A DNA stretch of 64,000 nt from Phyllobates terribilis. Lineage: Eukaryota. The stretch lies in contig NW_027362765.1 of assembly GCF_046119375.1 (NCBI RefSeq), forward strand, positions 531,278,001 through 531,342,000. The letters are read 5' to 3'. Below, piece by piece: positions 59,452 through 64,000 of this stretch. Within the stretch, counting starts at the first letter, position 1, and each line of letters starts with the position of its first letter. A model generated the notes under the pieces. The model was not told the DNA's origin. It did no database searches and saw only the letters and a list, made by a program, of their open reading frames with translations. The position numbers were made by a program, and so were the translations under genes.

Positions 59452-62400
59452 TTTGTTAATATTCTCCTCATATATATATTGTGCCAAATAGGAAAATTTG
59501 CCTGGAAGCTGCAGGTCTGAAAATAATGTTACAGCACAAATAGACTTTCTAAACCAATTTAGCCAATGCATAAATGAAACTTTAATGAAGAATCAATGCG
59601 CAAATAGTTCATTTTTCTTTAGAATCCATCTGTGAACCTGACAGAGATTCTCACATCGTTAAATCAATAGGTTGCGGTGGTGCAGGAGATTGGGGTTTAG
59701 GGTTGGAGATTTATCTTGAGTTGCTTTAAGCTTAGTGTTAGTTGTTTGGTGATGTTAAAAAAAAATCTATGTCTAATTGAATAACAATGTTTCTTTAAGT
59801 AACATCAGCTAGGGTGGTTGTTATCCGTTTGCTGCAGAAAATATGTTGAACATTTTCACTGAACATAAAAACTTTTTTTTCCATCGAAACTTCTTCCTTT
59901 TTTCATGAATCTTCCATATTTCTGGAATAAACTTGGAAAAAGAGAGAAATAACATGAATAAAACCATAATAACTTTCACTAGGTACTTTTGAAGGCTCCA
60001 AGTCTACTGAGCTTGACCTGGGAGAACTTTAGATAGTAGATGAGGCTTTATATCTCCTGAAATAGTTTTTTTTAATCTAGGATTCTTTGATCTTGTATCC
60101 CTTGTAACAGATCTCCCTCCAGTATTTTTCTTTCACTTTTGTAGTTATCTAAACCGTTTAGTTGTGGCTGACTGCTCCATCCAGCAGGGAGACCAGGGCA
60201 CCCAGCTGTGAGGAGAGTGCAGTAGGCTGGACATACCTAGTGCTTTGGTGCTGTGTGTGGTTAATGGCCCATTAACCAGGAGGTGAATGGCTCAGAGCAC
60301 AGAAGACCCAGGTATGGGAACAGCACAAGGGGTACCCGACAAAAGCTCCTACTTCATGGAATCTTTGAACTTGACTTGGAAAGAGGATCATGTCCAAGGG
60401 CGGCAGTAGGAACCTGAAACTGTGACACCAAAGAGGAAAAGGTGGATGTGACATTTAGAAACTTTTTAAAGTGTAAGATTCAGAACTTCTGATCTCTTAA
60501 GAAAAAAAGTAATAATACTTTTTAAAATAAAATTCTATATATTTATTATTCCTTCTTGAAAAATAATATGTGTATTAAAATCGAATTATTTTTAAGAAGG
60601 TAATCATAGAAATATTTCATAGCTGCCGGAATAATTTTTGCTTTTCTTTATATTACACTGTAGTACTTGTAATGTCGCACACTTGCCTTAACAAATTGCA
60701 AAATTGATAAGATTGTTATATAAATATTACTAATGGAATAAAATTTATTTACATTATATTTTATTTTTAATGCATTTAGGTCAAGAATTCTAAAGTGATA
60801 ATATGCAATAAAACCATTGACAAATTGTAGTAATTTGAGTAGGAATCAGCACATAGCTGCTCGCTGGCTTGTCATGACATGGCAGTGAAATCTCACTGTA
60901 TTGGATCTTTGAAATATTTAATAAATATTATCTCTCTACTCCCAAGTGGTGCTAAGAAAACACTAGGAGAAATCCTAATTGTTGTGTCCACGCTTGGTCC
61001 ACGTAAACTTTCTTAGCAGCCCCCTCTCCCCCTCCTCCTCTTCTTCTTTTTGAGTGTGTTGTTAGGATCTGGTGAAATCCCCTTTGCATTTCAGCTTTAA
61101 ATAGGGAGATCAATAGAAAACAGTTGTAATGATACAATTAATTATGGCAAAATTAAAAGCGAGTAGAAAATCAATCTCTGATGGTGTTGAAGATGAAATT
61201 AAATTGATAGTCCATCTGTTCACCCCGCAGACCGTATAAATATTCAACCCAAGGACAGAGCTAATGGGATCAGACTGCCTGGGACTCCTCAATGCTCCCT
61301 CTCTTCCTCTCCTCCTTGTCCCATCTATGGGGACCATCTGCAACACCACATTATTCTACTTTACACCCTATAATAATGATGGGTGACTCAGAGCCTTACC
61401 CAAAGGACAATATACCATTTTCTATTCTATAGTATAACATAGAACAGGTTTTGTTTTATACAATTATGACAAAGTTTCATTACAATATACAATGTTACAA
61501 CACTGATATATGCGATAGTGCTAATAATATACAACATATTATTCTACAATATATTACATTAATATAGTAATTTAATATACTGCACAATGCCACAGTAACA
61601 CCTTATATTTTACTATATTATGCTATTATATTTATTATTATAATATTTTACACTACACTATGTTACACTAACGTTAATGTATGTATATATGTATATAAAT
61701 TTATATATTAATAGTAGTGTAGCATAGTGTAGTATAAATTACAGTATATATAATATATATGTGTGTATATATATATATATCTAGATAGATAAATAGATTG
61801 ATAGATATAGATAGATATATACATATTATACCACACTATGCTACAGTCACATATTATTCTAAGCTAAGCTACAAAGATGTATTATTTTATGCTATATAAT
61901 GCTAGACTGATATTTTATACTACATTACGCTACTTGTAATTATAGTATATTTTATAAATTGTCACTTTGATGTTATACTCTATACTATATTACTGTTATT
62001 CCACACTGATAACTGATAGTAAGTTATGCTACACTGATATTTTGCTATATGATTCTACACTGTGCTTTACTAATAGTACATTATATTATTCTTCAATTAT
62101 ATATTACTATATACTACACCATTGCTATACTAACATTATGTTAACCTATACTTTGCTTTACTGATATTTTATTATAATCTATAAGAATAAGACTAATATA
62201 ACAATATAATAAATTAATATTCAACAGTACTGTGTTATATTATACTATAGTGATATAGTGAATTGTGCTGCTCCAATTTATATTATATCACACTGGTAAT
62301 ACATTGTGGTAGACTAGGTATTGCTCTTCTGATGTGTATTGTACACTGATATTATAGTATTTTTTATACTGTATTGTTTTGTATTGTATTTATATAATCT

Positions 62401-63462
62401 ATCCAGTATTTAATATACTTTTCTTGCTCCTTTATCTATAGTGAATAATGCCATTTGCTCAGAGCATGGATATCTGGGGAGGGGGTTCATGTCGTGGAGC
62501 ATAGCTATAATGTGCTGTAACATGTGAGCTGTGTGTGCAGCTTTTTCTTTCTCTTGGCTCTAGTGACATGCAGTGGAAGAGCTTCACAGATACAGTCCAG
62601 CCAAACTTTTCATCGTCATTATGAAACTTATAAGATATGATTAACCCATTAAGTACTGACTAGACTGACTATATCAGACCTGAGTGTCCTAGAAATGGTG
62701 CAATTCGCATCATATTTACTGATACCTGGCGATGATGTTTTGTTACATGCAGCAGAATTTTCCATACATTTAAAGGGTCGTTCTAATATTTAACGGTGAA
62801 TAATTTCTTCATTGATTTGCTTTGATTTACTTTTGAACAGATTAACCTGCAGCCTGTGTCTATGTCCCCTTATCTGATTAGTAACGTAGCTCCTTCTGAA
62901 CACCATCTAATATGATTCCCGTTGAAATCCGACATTCAATCTGCCTTTTATTCTTTAAGTGGCTTGTTGTCAGGATTTTAAGGATAAAGAATTAGCAAAT
63001 GATCTGACTGACCCTTCTCCTCCCACCCACATACAGGGAGCCTAGGGGCACAAACCTCAACACCAATTGCCTATATTAATTGATGTATTAGAATAGAAGT
63101 TTCTACTGCCTCCCCCCCTACTACTATAATAGATCAGCTACAGGATCCTAATAGGGGCCTATTCTACTGCAACCAAATAAAATAAAATCAAAGTACCATG
63201 AAAATTAATATAAAAACAAATGCATTTTTTTTACACTTTAAAACGATTTCACAAAGAAAAGAGGAAGAGTCACAAGTATAATAATATATTAATATTTATT
63301 TCGTATTTACAATACATAGCAATGACATCGTTATTATTACTATTACTATTGCTGTTATTTTTTTTTACTATGAGTATAATTTCTCTATTTTTGTTATGTT
63401 ATCATTTCATTTGTTTTTAGTAAATGTTGTATTGTTGAAATCAACGGAAACTTATTAAGGTC

Positions 63463-63538
<76 letters not shown>
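63463..63538. repeat. (GATA)n microsatellite
   Basis: 19 near-perfect units. Confidence 0.98.
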
Positions 63539-63539
<1 letters not shown>

Positions 63540-64000
63540 ATCTGTATAATGTTCAATCAAATAATGTTACAAAACCAACATGCGGCTAATAATCTATTAA
63601 TCGTATATAATAGATACTGTACATATTATGTTAGATGGTACAGAGGAAGAACTTACATAAGTAGTGGATCAGAAACAGGACAGTGGTCTGCAGCAGAAGA
63701 GGATGCTTTTATTGAGTGGTGTCATGGTCAGACCTGTGAAGGACACAGAGCAGCATGGAGTGGACATTAAGGATGATATGAACTAGTAGACAGCATAGAG
63801 GAAATAAATAGTTTGAGCAAACCTTAGCAGAGCAGTGTCCAGATGTGTGTGCCTTGTCCCGCAGTGAGTGTGGAGGTTGTGTCCACCTGCTTGTTCTGCC
63901 TCTTCTTCCAGAGACCTCCTGATCATCCTTCCCTAGGCTCAGCTTGCTGGGAGGATATGATGGCTGATCACTGTACACACACTCCCTCCCCTCCTCTCAC

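Noticed and set aside
63709-63926. Possible spliced 42-aa ORF on the minus strand (ATG 63926, intron 63734-63822, stop overlapping AATAAA)
   Set aside because: Weak donor (GTTTGC), no recognisable protein similarity; could arise by chance; needs RNA-seq

Overview
Vertebrate non-coding DNA, most likely anuran (inferred from V-SINEs, T2-family MITEs, amphibian-type Tc1 and sushi-type Gypsy elements). No host protein-coding gene is supportable. The first ~39 kb is a stack of nested transposons, many with exact TSDs: two copies of a self-priming sushi/Tf1-type chromovirus (6607-14153 +, 32967-37938 -), a SCAN-gag Gmr1-like Gypsy, an insect-type piggyBac, three of the window's four Tc1/mariner families (DD35E, Sleeping-Beauty-like, a second degenerate DD34E), several solo LTRs, an 18S-rRNA fragment inside a hAT-type element and a Penelope-type insert carrying a minimal hammerhead ribozyme motif. 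The rest is AT-rich unique sequence with MITEs, mini/microsatellites and a DD38E Tc1 nested in another LTR. The most striking item is a solo LTR (18146-20498, TSD ATAG) whose U3 holds a ~1-kb cassette, bounded by 36-bp direct repeats, that encodes a cold-shock-domain protein. Two related LTRs in the window lack the cassette. All coordinates and identities were read by eye; no database search was run.
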